64,000 nucleotides of DNA from Bugula neritina (Eukaryota; Animalia; Bryozoa). Shown here one piece after another: positions 31,201 through 47,700 of this stretch. The stretch lies in contig OZ037767.1 of NCBI GenBank assembly GCA_964035545.1, positions 18,134,259 through 18,198,258 on the forward strand, in the 5' to 3' direction. The translations under genes and the position numbers were made by a program. How positions within the stretch are numbered: the first letter of the stretch is position 1; every line of letters starts with the position of its first letter. The notes below the pieces were generated by a model. The model saw only the letters and a list, made by a program, of their open reading frames with translations, did no database searches and had not been told where the DNA came from.

Positions 31201-34200
31201 AAGATACTGAAATACACTGTAACATACCGAAATATACTGCAACATACTGCATTATACTGACATACGCTGTAACATATTGAAATACACTGCAACACATTGA
31301 AATATAATCTAACTCACTAAAATATAGTGTAATATACGGAAATGTACTTTGACATACTGGAATATACTGTAACACAATGAAATATACTTCATCATACTGA
31401 AATACGCTGGAACATACTGAAATATACTGCAACCTACTGCAACATACTGAAATACACTGTAACATACTGAAATACACTGCAACATACTACAACATACTGA
31501 ATTACACTGTAACATATTGAAATACACTGCAACGCACTGAAATATACTGCAACATACCGAAATATATGGTAAACTACTGAAAAACAATGTAAAACATTGA
31601 AAAATACTGCAACATACTGAAATATACTGTAACACACTGAAATATACTGCAACATACTGAAATACACTGTAACATACCGAAATATACTGCAACATACTGA
31701 AATACACTGCTACATACCGAAATATACTGCAAAATACTGCAACATACTGAAATACACTGTAATATACTGAAATACACTGCAACACACTACAACATACAGA
31801 AATACAGTGTAACATATTGAAATACACTGCAACACAATGATATATACTGCAACATACCGAAATATATGGTAAACTACTGAAATATACTGTAACACATTGA
31901 AAAATACTGCAACATAAAGAAATATACTGTGACACACTGAAATATACTGCAACATACTGAAATACACTGTAACATACTGAAGTATACTGCAACATACTGA
32001 AATAGACTGCTACATACTGAAATATACTTCAAGATACTGCAACAAACTGAAATACACTGTAACATACTGAAATACACTGCAACATACTGCATTATACTGA
32101 CATCTACTGGGACATATGGAATTACACTGCAACAAATTGAAGTACACTGCGACGCACTGAAACATACGTCAACATACTAAAATGTACTGCAACATACTGA
32201 GATACACTGTAATATACTGAAATATACTGCAACCTACTGCAACATACTGACATACGCTGTAACATATTGAAATACAGTGCAACACATTGAAATATACTCT
32301 AACTAACTGAAATATAGTGTAATATACGGAAATGTACTGTGACATACTGGAATATACTGTAACACAATGAAATATACTTCAACATACTGAAATACGCTGT
32401 AACATACTGAAATATACTGCAACCTACTGCAACATACTGAAATACACTGTAACATACTGAAATACACTGCAACATACTACAACATACTGAAATACACTGT
32501 AACATATTGAAATACACTGCAACACACTGAAATATACTGCAACATACCGAAATATATGGTAAACTACTGAAAAATACTGTAACACATTGAAAAATACTGC
32601 AACATACTGAAATATACTGTAACACACTGAAATATACTGCAACATACTGAAATACACTGTAACATACTGAAATATACTGCAACATACTGAAATACGCTGC
32701 TACATACTGAAATATACTGCAAAATACTGCAACATACTGAAATACACTGTAACATACTGAAATACACTGCAACATACTGCATTATACTGACATCTACTGG
32801 GACATATGGAATTACACTGCAACAAATTGAAGTACACTGCGATGCGCTGAAACATCTGGCAATATACTGAAACGCACTGCGACACATTGATATATACTGC
32901 AACATACTGAAATACACTGTAACATACCGAAATATACTGCAACATACTGAAATACACTGCTACATACCGAAATATACTGCAAAATACTGCAACATACTGA
33001 AATACACTGCAACGCACTGAAATATACTGTAACACACTGAAATATACTGCAACATACTGAAATACACTGTAACATACCGAAATATACTGCAACATACTGA
33101 AATACACTGCTACATACCGAAATATACTGCAAAATACTGCAACATACTGAAATACACTGTAACATACTGAAATACACTGCAACACACTACAACATACAGA
33201 AATACAGTGTAACATATTGAAATACACTGCAACACAATGATATATACTGCAACATACCGAAATATATGGTAAACTACTGAAATATACTGTAACACATTGA
33301 AAAATACTGCAACATAAAGAAATATACTGTGACACACTGAAATATACTGCAACATACTGAAATACACTGTAACATACTGAAGTATACTGCAACATACTGA
33401 AATAGACTGCTACATACTGAAATATACTTCAAGATACTGCAACAAACTGAAATACACTGTAACATACTGAAATACACTGCAACATACTGCATTATACTGA
33501 CATCTACTGGGACATATGGAATTACACTGCAACAAATTGAAGTACACTGCGACGCACTGAAACATACGTCAACATACTAAAATGTACTGCAACATACTGA
33601 GATACACCGTAATATACTGAAATATACTGCAACCTACTGCAACATACTGACATACGCTGAAACATATTGAAATACAGTGCAACACATTGAAATATACTCT
33701 AACTAACTGAAATATAGTGTAATATACGGAAATGTACTGTGACATACTGGAATATACTGTAACACAATGAAATATACTTCAACATACTGAAATACGCTGT
33801 AACATACTGAAATATACTGCAACCTACTGCAACATACTACAATACACTGTAACATACTGAAATACACTGCAACATACTACAACATACTGAAATACACTGT
33901 AACATATTGAAATACACTGCAACACACTGAAATATACTGCAACATACCGAAATATATGGTAAACTACTGAAAAATACTGTAACACATTGAAAAATACTGC
34001 AACATACTGAAATATACTGTAACACACTGAAATATACTGCAACATACTGAAATACACTGTAACATACTGAAATATACTGCAACATACTGAAATACGCTGC
34101 TACATACTGAAATATACTGCAAAATACTGCAACATACTGAAATACACTGTAACATATTGAAATACACTGCAACACATTGAAATATACTGTAACTCACTGA

Positions 34201-37200
34201 AATATAGTGTAATATACGGAAATGTACTGTAACATACTGGAATATACTGGAACACATTGAAAAACACTGCAACATACTGAACTATACTGCAAGATACTGC
34301 AACATACTGAAACACACTGTAACATACTGAAACACACTGCAACATACTGCATTATACTGTAACTCACTGAAACATAGTGCAATATACAGAAATGTACTGT
34401 AACTTACTGGAATATACTGTAACACACTGAAATACACTTCAACAAACTGAAATACGCTGTAACACGCTGAAATATACTGCAACCTACTTCAACATACCGA
34501 AATATATGGTAAACTACTGAAATATACTGTAACACCTTGAAAAATACTGCAACATACTGAAATACACTGCTACATACTGAAATATACTACAACATACTGC
34601 AATATACTGAAACACACTGTAACATACTGAAATACACTGCAAAATACTGAATTATACTGACATACGCTGTAACATATTGAAAAACACTGCAACACATTGA
34701 AATATACTCTAACTCACTGAAATATATTGTAATATACGGAAATATATGGTAAACTACTGAAATATACTGTAACACCTTGAAAAATACTGCAACATACTGA
34801 AATACACTGTAACATACTGAAATATACTGCAACATACTGAAATACACTGCTGCATACTGAAATATACTGCAACATGCTGCAACATACTGCAACATACTGA
34901 AATACACTGTAACATACTGAAATACACTGCAACATACTACAACATATTGAAATACACTGCACTACATAGAATTATACTGCAACATACCTAAATATACAGT
35001 AATATACTGAAATATACTGTAACACATTGAAAAATACTGCAACATACTGAAATACACTGCTACAAACTGAAATATACTACAACATACTGCAATATACTGA
35101 AACACACTGTAACATACTGAAATACACTGCAAAATACTGAATTATACTGACATACGCTGTAACATATTGAAATACACTGCAACACATTGAAATATACTCT
35201 AACTCACTGACATATAGTGTAATATACGGAAATGTACGATAAACTACTGAAATATCCTATAACACATTGAAAAATACTGCAACATACTGATATATACTGT
35301 AACACAATGAAATATACTTCAACATACTGAAATATACTGCAACCTACTGCAACATACTGACATACGCTGTAACATATTGAAATACACTGCAACACATTGA
35401 AATATACTCTAACTCACTGAAATATAGTGTAACATACGGAAAAGTACTGTGACATACTGGAATATACTGTAACACAATGAAATATAGGTCAACATACTGA
35501 AATACGCTGTGACATACTGAAATATACTGCAACCTACTGCAACATACTGGAATACACTGTAACATACTGAAATACACAGCAACATATAGAAATACTTTGC
35601 AAAATACTGCAACATACTGAAATACACTTTAACATATTGAAATATACTGCAACACCTTGAAATATACTGCAATACACTGAAACATACGGCAACATACTGA
35701 AATATACTGCGACACATTGCATTATACTGCAACATACTGAAATACGCTGTAACATACTGAAATATACTGCAACCTACTGCAACATACTGGAATACACTCT
35801 AACATACTGAAATACACTGCAACTTACTACAACATACTGAAATACACTGTAACATATTCAAATACACTGCAAAATACTGCAACATACTGCAACATACTGA
35901 AATACACTGTAACATATTGAAATACACTGCAACAGCTTGAAATATACTGCAATACACTGAAACATACGGCAACATACTGAAATATACTGCGACACATTGC
36001 ATTATACTGCAACATACTGAAATACGCTGCAGCATACTGAAATACACTGCAACACACTGAAGTATACTGTAATAGACAGAAATGTACTGTAACAAACTGA
36101 AACATACGTCAACATACTGAAATGTACTGCAACATACTGAGATACACTGTAATATACTGAATTACACTGGCATACTGCAACATACTGAAATACGCTGTAA
36201 CATATTGAAATACACTGCAACACATTGAAATATACTGTAACTCACTGAAATATAGTGTATTATACGGAAATGTACTGTAACATACTGGAATATACTATAA
36301 CACACTGAAATACACTGCAACATACTGCAACATTCTGAAATACACTGTAACATATCGAAATACACTGCAACACACTGAAATACACTGCAACATACTGAAA
36401 TAAATGGTAACCTACTGAAATATACTGTAACACATTGAAAAACACTGTAACATACTGAACTATACTGCAAGATACTGCAACATTCTGAAATACACTGCAA
36501 CATACTGCATTATACTGACATACGCTGGAACATATTGACATACACTGCAACAATTTTGAAGTATACTGCAACACATTGAAACATACGGCAACATACTGAA
36601 ATATACTGCGACGCATTGATATATACTGCAACAAACTGAAATATGCTGGAGCGTACTGAAATACACTGCTACACACTGAAGTATACTGTAATATACAGAA
36701 ATGTAATGTAACGTACTGAAACATACGTCAACATACTGAAATGTACTGCAACATACTGAAATACACTGTAATATACTGAATTACACTGCAACATACTGCA
36801 ACAGACTGAAATACGCTGTAACATATTGAAATACACTGCAACACATTGAAGTATACTGTAACTCACTGAAATATACTGCAACATACTGGAATACATTGTA
36901 AAGTACTGAAATATACTGCAAACTACTGCAACATACTGAATTACACTGTAACATACTGAAATACACTGTAACATACTGAAATACACTGCGACATACTACA
37001 ACATACTGAAATACACTGAAACATGATGAAAAACACTGCAATACACTGTAACATATTGAAATACACTGCAACACACTGAAATATACTGCAACATACCGAA
37101 ATAAATTGTAAACTACTGAAATATACAGTAACACATTGAAAAATACTGCAACATATTGAAATATAGTGTAACACACTGAAATATACTGCAACATACTGAA

Positions 37201-40200
37201 ATACACTGTAACATACTAAAATATACTGCAACATACTGAAATACACTGCTACATACTGAAATATACTGCAACATACTCCAACATACTGAAATACACTGTA
37301 ACATACTGAAATACGCTGAAACATACTACAACATTTTGAAATACACTGCAACACATTGAATTATACTGCAACATACCTAAATATACAGTAATATACTGAA
37401 ATATACTGTAACACATTGAAAAGTACTGCAACATACTGAAATATACTGAAATACACTGCTACATACTGAAATATACTGCAAGAAACTGCAACATACTGAA
37501 ATACACTGTAACATACTGAAATATACTGCAACATACTGCAATACACTGCTACACACTGAAATATACTGCAACATACCTAAATATACGGTAATATACTAAA
37601 ATATACTGTAACACATTGAAAAACACTGCAACATACTGAACTATGCTGCAAGATACTACAACATACTGAAATGCACTGTAACATACTGAAACACACTGCA
37701 ACATACTGCATTATACTAACATACGCTGTAACATATTGAAATACACTGCAACACATTGAAATATACTCAAACTCACTGAAATATAGTGTAATATACGAAA
37801 ATGTACTGTGACATACTGGAATATACTGTAACACAATGAAATATACTTCAACATACTGAAATACGCTGTAACATACTGAAATACACTGCAACATACTACA
37901 ACAAACTGAAATACACTGTAACATACTGAAATACACTGCAACATACTGCGTTATACTGACATACACTGGGACATATGGAATTACACTGCAACAAATTGAA
38001 GCACACGGCGACGCACTGAAACATACGGCAATATACTGAAATGTACTGCGACACATTTATATATACTGCAACATACTGAAATATGCTGTAGCGTACTGAA
38101 ATTCACTGCAACACACAGAAGTATACTGTAATATACAGAAATGTAATGTAACAAACTGAAACATACGTCAACATACTGAAATGTACTGCAACATACTGAA
38201 ATACACTGTAATATACTGAATTACACTGCAACATACTGCAACATACTGAAATACGCTGTAACATATTGAAATACACTGTAACACATGAAATATACTGTAA
38301 CTCACTAAAATATAGTGTAATATAGGTAAATGTACTGCAACATACTGGAATATACGGCAACATACGGAAATATACTGCGACAGATTGAAATATACTGCAA
38401 CATACTGAAATTTAATGCAAGATACTGCAATATACTGAAATACACCGTGACATACTGAGATACATTGCAACATACTGCAACATACTGCAACATACTGAAA
38501 TACACTGTAACATATTGAAATACACTGCAACACATTGAAATCTACTGCAACATACTGCAACATACTGAAATACGCTGTGAAATACTGAGATACACTGCAA
38601 CATACTGAATTATACTGACATACACTGGAACATATTGAAATATACTGCAACAAATTGAAGTATACTGCAACACACTGAAACATACGGCAACATGCTGAAA
38701 TATACTGCGACACATTGAAATATACTGCAACATACTGAAATACACTGTATCATACTGAAATAAACTGCAACACACTGAAGTGTACTGTAATATACAGAGA
38801 TGTACTGTAACAAACTGAAACATACGTCAACATACTAAAATGTACTGCAACATACTGAGATACACTGTAATATACTGAAATATACTGCAACCTACTGCAA
38901 CATACTGACATACGCTGTAACATATTGAAATACTTTGCAACACATTGAAATATACTCTAACTCACTGAAATATAGTGTAATATACGGAAATGTACTGTGA
39001 CATACTGGAATATACTGTAACACAATGAAATATACTTCAACATACTGAAATACGCTGTAACATACTGAAATATACTGCAACCTACTGCAACATACTGAAA
39101 CACACTGTAACATACTGAAATACACTGCAACATACTGAATTATACTGACATACACTGGGACATATTGAAATACACTGCAACAAATTGAAGTATACTGCAA
39201 CACACTGAAACATACGCCGACACACTGAAAAATACTGCGACACATTGAAATATACTGCAACATACTGCAACATACTGAAATACATTGTAACATACTGAAA
39301 TACACTGCAACATACTACAACATACTGAAATACACTGTAACAGATCGAATTACACTGCAACAAATTGAAATATACTGCAACATACCAAAATATACGATAA
39401 ACTACTGAAATATCCTGTAACACATTGAAATACACTTTAACATACTGAAATATACTGCAACCTACTGCAACATACTGACATACGCTGTAACATATTGAAA
39501 TACACTGCAACACATTGAAATATACTCTAACTCACTGAAATATAGTGTAATATACGGAAATGTACTGTGACATACTGGAATATACTGTAACAACAATGAA
39601 ATATACGTCAACATACTGAAATACGCTGTAACATACTGAAATATACTGCAACCTACTGCAACATACTGGAATACACTGTAAAATACTGAAATACACTGCA
39701 ACACCTTGAAATATACTGCAATACAGTGAAACATACGGCAACATACTGAAATATACTGCGACACATTGCAATATACTGCAACATACTGAAATATGCTGTA
39801 GCATACTGAAATACACTGCAACACACTGAAGTATACTGTAATAGACAGAAATGTACTGTAACAAACTGAAACATACGTCAACATACTGAAATGTACTGCA
39901 ACATACTGAGATACACTGTAATATACTGAATTACACTGCAACATACTGCAACATACTGAAATACGCTGTAACATATTGAAATACACTGCAACACATTGAA
40001 ATATACTGTAACTCACTGAAATATAGTGTAATATACGGAAATGTACTGTAACATACTGGAATATACTATAACACACTGAAATACACTGTAACATACTGCA
40101 ACATTCTAAAATACACTGTAACATATCGAAATACACTGCCACACACTGTAATATACTGCAACATACCGAAATCAATGGTAAACTACTGAAATATACTGTA

Positions 40201-43200
40201 ACACAATGAAAAACACTGCAACATACTGAACTATACTGCAAGATACTGCAACATACTGAAATACACTGTAACATACTGAACCACACTGCAACATACTGCA
40301 TTATACTGACATACGCTGTAACATATTGAAATACACTGCAACGCTTTGAAATATACTGTAACTCACTGAAATATACTGCAACATACTGAAATACACTGTA
40401 ACATACTGAAGTATACTGCATCATACTGAAATAAACTGCTACATACTGAAATATACTTCAAGATACTGCAACAAACTGAAATACACTGTAACATACTGAA
40501 ACACACTGCAACATACTGCATTATACTGACATACACTGGAACATATTGAAATATACTGCAACAAATTGAAGTATACTGCAACACACTGAAACATACGGCA
40601 ACATACTGAAATATACTGCGACACATTGAAATATACTGCAACATACTGAAATACACTGTATCATACTGAAATAAACTGCAACACACTGAAGTGTACTGTA
40701 ATATACAGACATGTACTGTAACAAACTGAAACATACGTCAACATACTAAAATGTACTGCAACATACTGAGATACACTGTAATATACTGAAATATACTGCA
40801 ACCTACTGCAACATACTGACATACGCTGTAACATATTGAAATACACTGCAACACATTGAAATATACTCTAACTCACTGAAATATAGTGTAATATACGGAA
40901 ATGTACTGTGACATACTGGAATATACTGTAACACAATGAAATATACTTCAACATACTGAAATACGCTGTAACATACTGAAATATACTGCAACCTACTGCA
41001 ACATACTGAAATACACTGTAACATACTGAAATACACTGCAACATACTACAACATACTGAGATACACTGTAACATATTGAAATACACTGCAACACACTGAA
41101 ATATACTGCAACATACCGAAATATATGGTAGGCTACTGAAAAATACTGTAACACATTGAAAAATACTGCAACATACTGAAATATACTGTAACACACTGAA
41201 ATATACTGCAACATACTGAAATACACTGTAACATACTGAAATACACTGTAACATACTGAAATACACTGCGACATACTACAACATACTGAAATACACTGTA
41301 ACATATTGAATTACACTGCAATACACTGAAACATATTGAAATACACTGCAACACACTGAAATATACTGCAACATACCGAAGTCAATGGTAAACTACTGAA
41401 ATATACTGTAACACATTGAAAAATACTGCAACATATTGAAATATAGTGTAACACACTGAAATATACTGCAACATACTGAAATACACTGTAACATACTAAA
41501 ATATACTGCAACATACTGAAATACACTGCTACATACTGAAATATACTGCAACATACTGCAACATACTGAAATACACTGTAACATACTGAAATACGCTGAA
41601 ACATACTGCAACTATTGAAATACACTGCAACACATCGAATTATACTGCAACATACCTAAATATACAGTAATATACTGAAATATACTGTAACACATTGAAA
41701 AGCACTGCAACATACTGAAATATACTGAAAGACACTGCTACATACTGAAATATACTGCAACATACCTAAATATACGGTAATATACTAAAATATACTGTAA
41801 CACATTGAAAAACACTGCAACATACTGAACTATACTGCAAGATACTGAAATACACTGTAACATACCGAAATATACTGCAACATACTGCATTATACTGACA
41901 TACGCTGTAACATATTGAAATACACTGCAACACATTGAAATATAATCTAACTCACTAAAATATAGTGTAATATACGGAAATGTACTTTGACATACTGGAA
42001 TATACTGTAACACAATGAAATATACTTCATCATACTGAAATACGCTGGAACATACTGAAATATACTGCAACCTACTGCAACATACTGAAATACACTGTAA
42101 CATACTGAAATACACTGCAACATACTACAACATACTGAATTACACTGTAACATATTGAAATACACTGCAACGCACTGAAATATACTGCAACATACCGAAA
42201 TATATGGTAAACTACTGAAAAACAATGTAAAACATTGAAAAATACTGCAACATACTGAAATATACTGTAACACACTGAAATATACTGCAACATACTGAAA
42301 TACACTGTAACATACCGAAATATACTGCAACATACTGAAATACACTGCTACATACCGAAATATACTGCAAAATACTGCAACATACTGAAATACACTGTAA
42401 TATACTGAAATACACTGCAACACACTACAACATACAGAAATACAGTGTAACATATTGAAATACACTGCAACACAATGATATATACTGCAACATACCGAAA
42501 TATATGGTAAACTACTGAAATATACTGTAACACATTGAAAAATACTGCAACATAAAGAAATATACTGTGACACACTGAAATATACTGCAACATACTGAAA
42601 TACACTGTAACATACTGAAGTATACTGCAACATACTGAAATAGACTGCTACATACTGAAATATACTTCAAGATACTGCAACAAACTGAAATACACTGTAA
42701 CATACTGAAATACACTGCAACATACTGCATTATACTGACATCTACTGGGACATATGGAATTACACTGCAACAAATTGAAGTACACTGCGACGCACTGAAA
42801 CATACGTCAACATACTAAAATGTACTGCAACATACTGAGATACACTGTAATATACTGAAATATACTGCAACCTACTGCAACATACTGACATACGCTGTAA
42901 CATATTGAAATACAGTGCAACACATTGAAATATACTCTAACTAACTGAAATATAGTGTAATATACGGAAATGTACTGTGACATACTGGAATATACTGTAA
43001 CACAATGAAATATACTTCAACATACTGAAATACGCTGTAACATACTGAAATATACTGCAACCTACTGCAACATACTGAAATACACTGTAACATACTGAAA
43101 TACACTGCAACATACTACAACATACTGAAATACACTGTAACATATTGAAATACACTGCAACACACTGAAATATACTGCAACATACCGAAATATATGGTAA

Positions 43201-44790
43201 ACTACTGAAAAATACTGTAACACATTGAAAAATACTGCAACATACTGAAATATACTGTAACACACTGAAATATACTGCAACATACTGAAATACACTGTAA
43301 CATACTGAAATATACTGCAACATACTGAAATACGCTGCTACATACTGAAATATACTGCAAAATACTGCAACATACTGAAATACACTGTAACATACTGAAA
43401 TACACTGCAACATACTGCATTATACTGACATCTACTGGGACATATGGAATTACACTGCAACAAATTGAAGTACACTGCGATGCGCTGAAACATCTGGCAA
43501 TATACTGAAACGCACTGCGACACATTGATATATACTGCAACATACTGAAATACACTGTAACATACCGAAATATACTGCAACATACTGAAATACACTGCTA
43601 CATACCGAAATATACTGCAAAATACTGCAACATACTGAAATACACTGCAACGCACTGAAATATACTGTAACACACTGAAATATACTGCAACATACTGAAA
43701 TACACTGTAACATACCGAAATATACTGCAACATACTGAAATACACTGCTACATACCGAAATATACTGCAAAATACTGCAACATACTGAAATACACTGTAA
43801 CATACTGAAATACACTGCAACACACTACAACATACAGAAATACAGTGTAACATATTGAAATACACTGCAACACAATGATATATACTGCAACATACCGAAA
43901 TATATGGTAAACTACTGAAATATACTGTAACACATTGAAAAATACTGCAACATAAAGAAATATACTGTGACACACTGAAATATACTGCAACATACTGAAA
44001 TACACTGTAACATACTGAAGTATACTGCAACATACTGAAATAGACTGCTACATACTGAAATATACTTCAAGATACTGCAACAAACTGAAATACACTGTAA
44101 CATACTGAAATACACTGCAACATACTGCATTATACTGACATCTACTGGGACATATGGAATTACACTGCAACAAATTGAAGTACACTGCGACGCACTGAAA
44201 CATACGTCAACATACTAAAATGTACTGCAACATACTGAGATACACCGTAATATACTGAAATATACTGCAACCTACTGCAACATACTGACATACGCTGAAA
44301 CATATTGAAATACAGTGCAACACATTGAAATATACTCTAACTAACTGAAATATAGTGTAATATACGGAAATGTACTGTGACATACTGGAATATACTGTAA
44401 CACAATGAAATATACTTCAACATACTGAAATACGCTGTAACATACTGAAATATACTGCAACCTACTGCAACATACTACAATACACTGTAACATACTGAAA
44501 TACACTGCAACATACTACAACATACTGAAATACACTGTAACATATTGAAATACACTGCAACACACTGAAATATACTGCAACATACCGAAATATATGGTAA
44601 ACTACTGAAAAATACTGTAACACATTGAAAAATACTGCAACATACTGAAATATACTGTAACACACTGAAATATACTGCAACATACTGAAATACACTGTAA
44701 CATACTGAAATATACTGCAACATACTGAAATACGCTGCTACATACTGAAATATACTGCAAAATACTGCAACATACTGAAATACACTGTAA
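23510..44790 (+). repeat. Tandem duplication, period 10,638 bp (about 23,510-34,150 and 34,150-44,790)
   Basis: ORF pairs 23556/34194, 26939/37577, 28824/39462 and 33824/44462 are all offset by 10,638. Five indels recur at the same offset. Confidence 0.95.
31611..34150 (+). repeat. Nested tandem duplication, period 1,400 bp (also at ~42.25-44.8 kb and ~56.5-59.1 kb, where a third copy follows at +1,580)
   Basis: ORF pairs 31710/33110 and 32424/33824 are offset by 1,400; 43748/45328 and 58018/59598 by 1,580. Markers are aacataaaga, aatagactgc and catctactgg. Confidence 0.88.
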
Positions 44791-47700
44791 CATACTGAAA
44801 TACACTGCAACATACTGCATTATACTGACATCTACTGGGACATATGGAATTACACTGCAACAAATTGAAGTACACTGCGATGCACTGAAACATCTGGCAA
44901 TATACTGAAACGTACTGCGACACATTGATATATACTGCAACATACTGAAATATGCTGTAGCGTACTGAAATTCACTGCAACACACTGAAGTATACTGTAA
45001 TATACAGAAATGTAATGTAACAAACTGAAACATACGTCAACATACTGAAATGTACTGCAACATACTGAAATACACTGTAATATACTGAATTACACTGCAA
45101 CATACTGCAACATACTGAAATACGCTGTAACATATTGAAATACACTGCAACGCACTGAAATATACTGCAACATACCGAAATATATGGTAAACTACTGAAA
45201 AATAATGTAAAACATTGAAAAATACTGAAACATACTGAAATATACTGTAACACACTGAAATATACTGCAACATACTGAAATACACTGTAACATACCGAAA
45301 TATACTGCAACATACTGAAATACACTGCTACATACTGAAATATACTGCAAAATACTGCAACATACTGAAATACACTGTAACATACTGAAATACACTGCAA
45401 CACACTACAACATACAGAAATACAGTGTAACATATTGAAATACACTGCAACACAATGATATATACTGCAACATACCGAAATATATGGTAAACTACTGAAA
45501 TATACTGTAACACATTGAAAAATACTGCAACATAAAGCAATATACTGTGACACACTGAAATATACTGCAACATACTGAAATACACTGTAACATACTGAAG
45601 TATACTGCAACATACTGAAATAGACTGCTACATACTGAAATATACTTCAAGATACTGCAACAAACTGAAATACACTGTAACATACTGAAATACACTGCAA
45701 CATACTGCATTATACTGACATCTACTGGGACATATGGAATTACACTGCAACAAATTGAAGTACACTGCGACGCACTGAAACATACGTCAACATACTAAAA
45801 TGTACTGCAACATACTGAGATACACTGTAATATACTGAAATATACTGCAACCTACTGCAACATACTGACATACGCTGTAACATATTGAAATACAGTGCAA
45901 CACATTGAAATATACTCTAACTAACTGAAATATAGTGTAATATACGGAAATGTACTGTGACATACTGGAATATACTGTAACACAATGAAATATACTTCAA
46001 CATACTGAAATACGCTGTAACATACTGAAATATACTGCAACCTACTGCAACATACTGAAATACACTGTAACATACTGAAATACACTGCAACATACTACAA
46101 CATACTGAAATACACTGTAACATATTGAAATACACTGCAACACACTGAAATATACTGCAACATACCGAAATATATGGTAAACTACTGAAAAATACTGTAA
46201 CACATTGAAAAATACTGCAACATACTGAAATATACTGTAACACACTGAAATATACTGCAACATACTGAAATACACTGTAACATACTGAAATATACTGCAA
46301 CATACTGAAATACGCTGCTACATACTGAAATATACTGCAAAATACTGCAACATACTGAAATACACTGTAACATACTGAAATACACTGCAACATACTGCAT
46401 TATACTGACATCTACTGGGACATACTGAAATACACTGCAACAAATTGAAGTATACTGCAACACACTGAAACATACGGCAACATGCTGAAATATACTGCGA
46501 CACATTGAAATATACTGCAACATACTGAAATACACTGTATCATACTGAAATAAACTGCAACACACTGAAGTGTACTGTAATATACAGAGATGTACTGTAA
46601 CAAACTGAAACATACGTCAACATACTAAAATGTACTGCAACATACTGAGATACACTGTAATATACTGAAATATACTGCAACCTACTGCAACATACTGACA
46701 TACGCTGTAACATATTGAAATACTTTGCAACACATTGAAATATACTCTAACTCACTGAAATATAGTGTAATATACGGAAATGTACTGTGACATACTGGAA
46801 TATACTGTAACACAATGAAATATACTTCAACATACTGAAATACGCTGTAACATACTGAAATATACTGCAACCTACTGCAACATACTGAAACACACTGTAA
46901 CATACTGAAATACACTGCAACATACTGAATTATACTGACATACACTGGGACATATTGAAATACACTGCAACAAATTGAAGTATACTGCAACACACTGAAA
47001 CATACGCCGACACACTGAAAAATACTGCGACACATTGAAATATACTGCAACATACTGCAACATACTGAAATACATTGTAACATACTGAAATACACTGCAA
47101 CATACTACAACATACTGAAATACACTGTAACAGATCGAATTACACTGCAACAAATTGAAATATACTGCAACATACCAAAATATACGATAAACTACTGAAA
47201 TATCCTGTAACACATTGAAATACACTTTAACATACTGAAATATACTGCAACCTACTGCAACATACTGACATACGCTGTAACATATTGAAATACACTGCAA
47301 CACATTGAAATATACTCTAACTCACTGAAATATAGTGTAATATACGGAAATGTACTGTGACATACTGGAATATACTGTAACAACAATGAAATATACGTCA
47401 ACATACTGAAATACGCTGTAACATACTGAAATATACTGCAACCTACTGCAACATACTGGAATACACTGTAAAATACTGAAATACACTGCAACACCTTGAA
47501 ATATACTGCAATACAGTGAAACATACGGCAACATACTGAAATATACTGCGACACATTGCAATATACTGCAACATACTGAAATATGCTGTAGCATACTGAA
47601 ATACACTGCAACACACTGAAGTATACTGTAATAGACAGAAATGTACTGTAACAAACTGAAACATACGTCAACATACTGAAATGTACTGCAACATACTGAG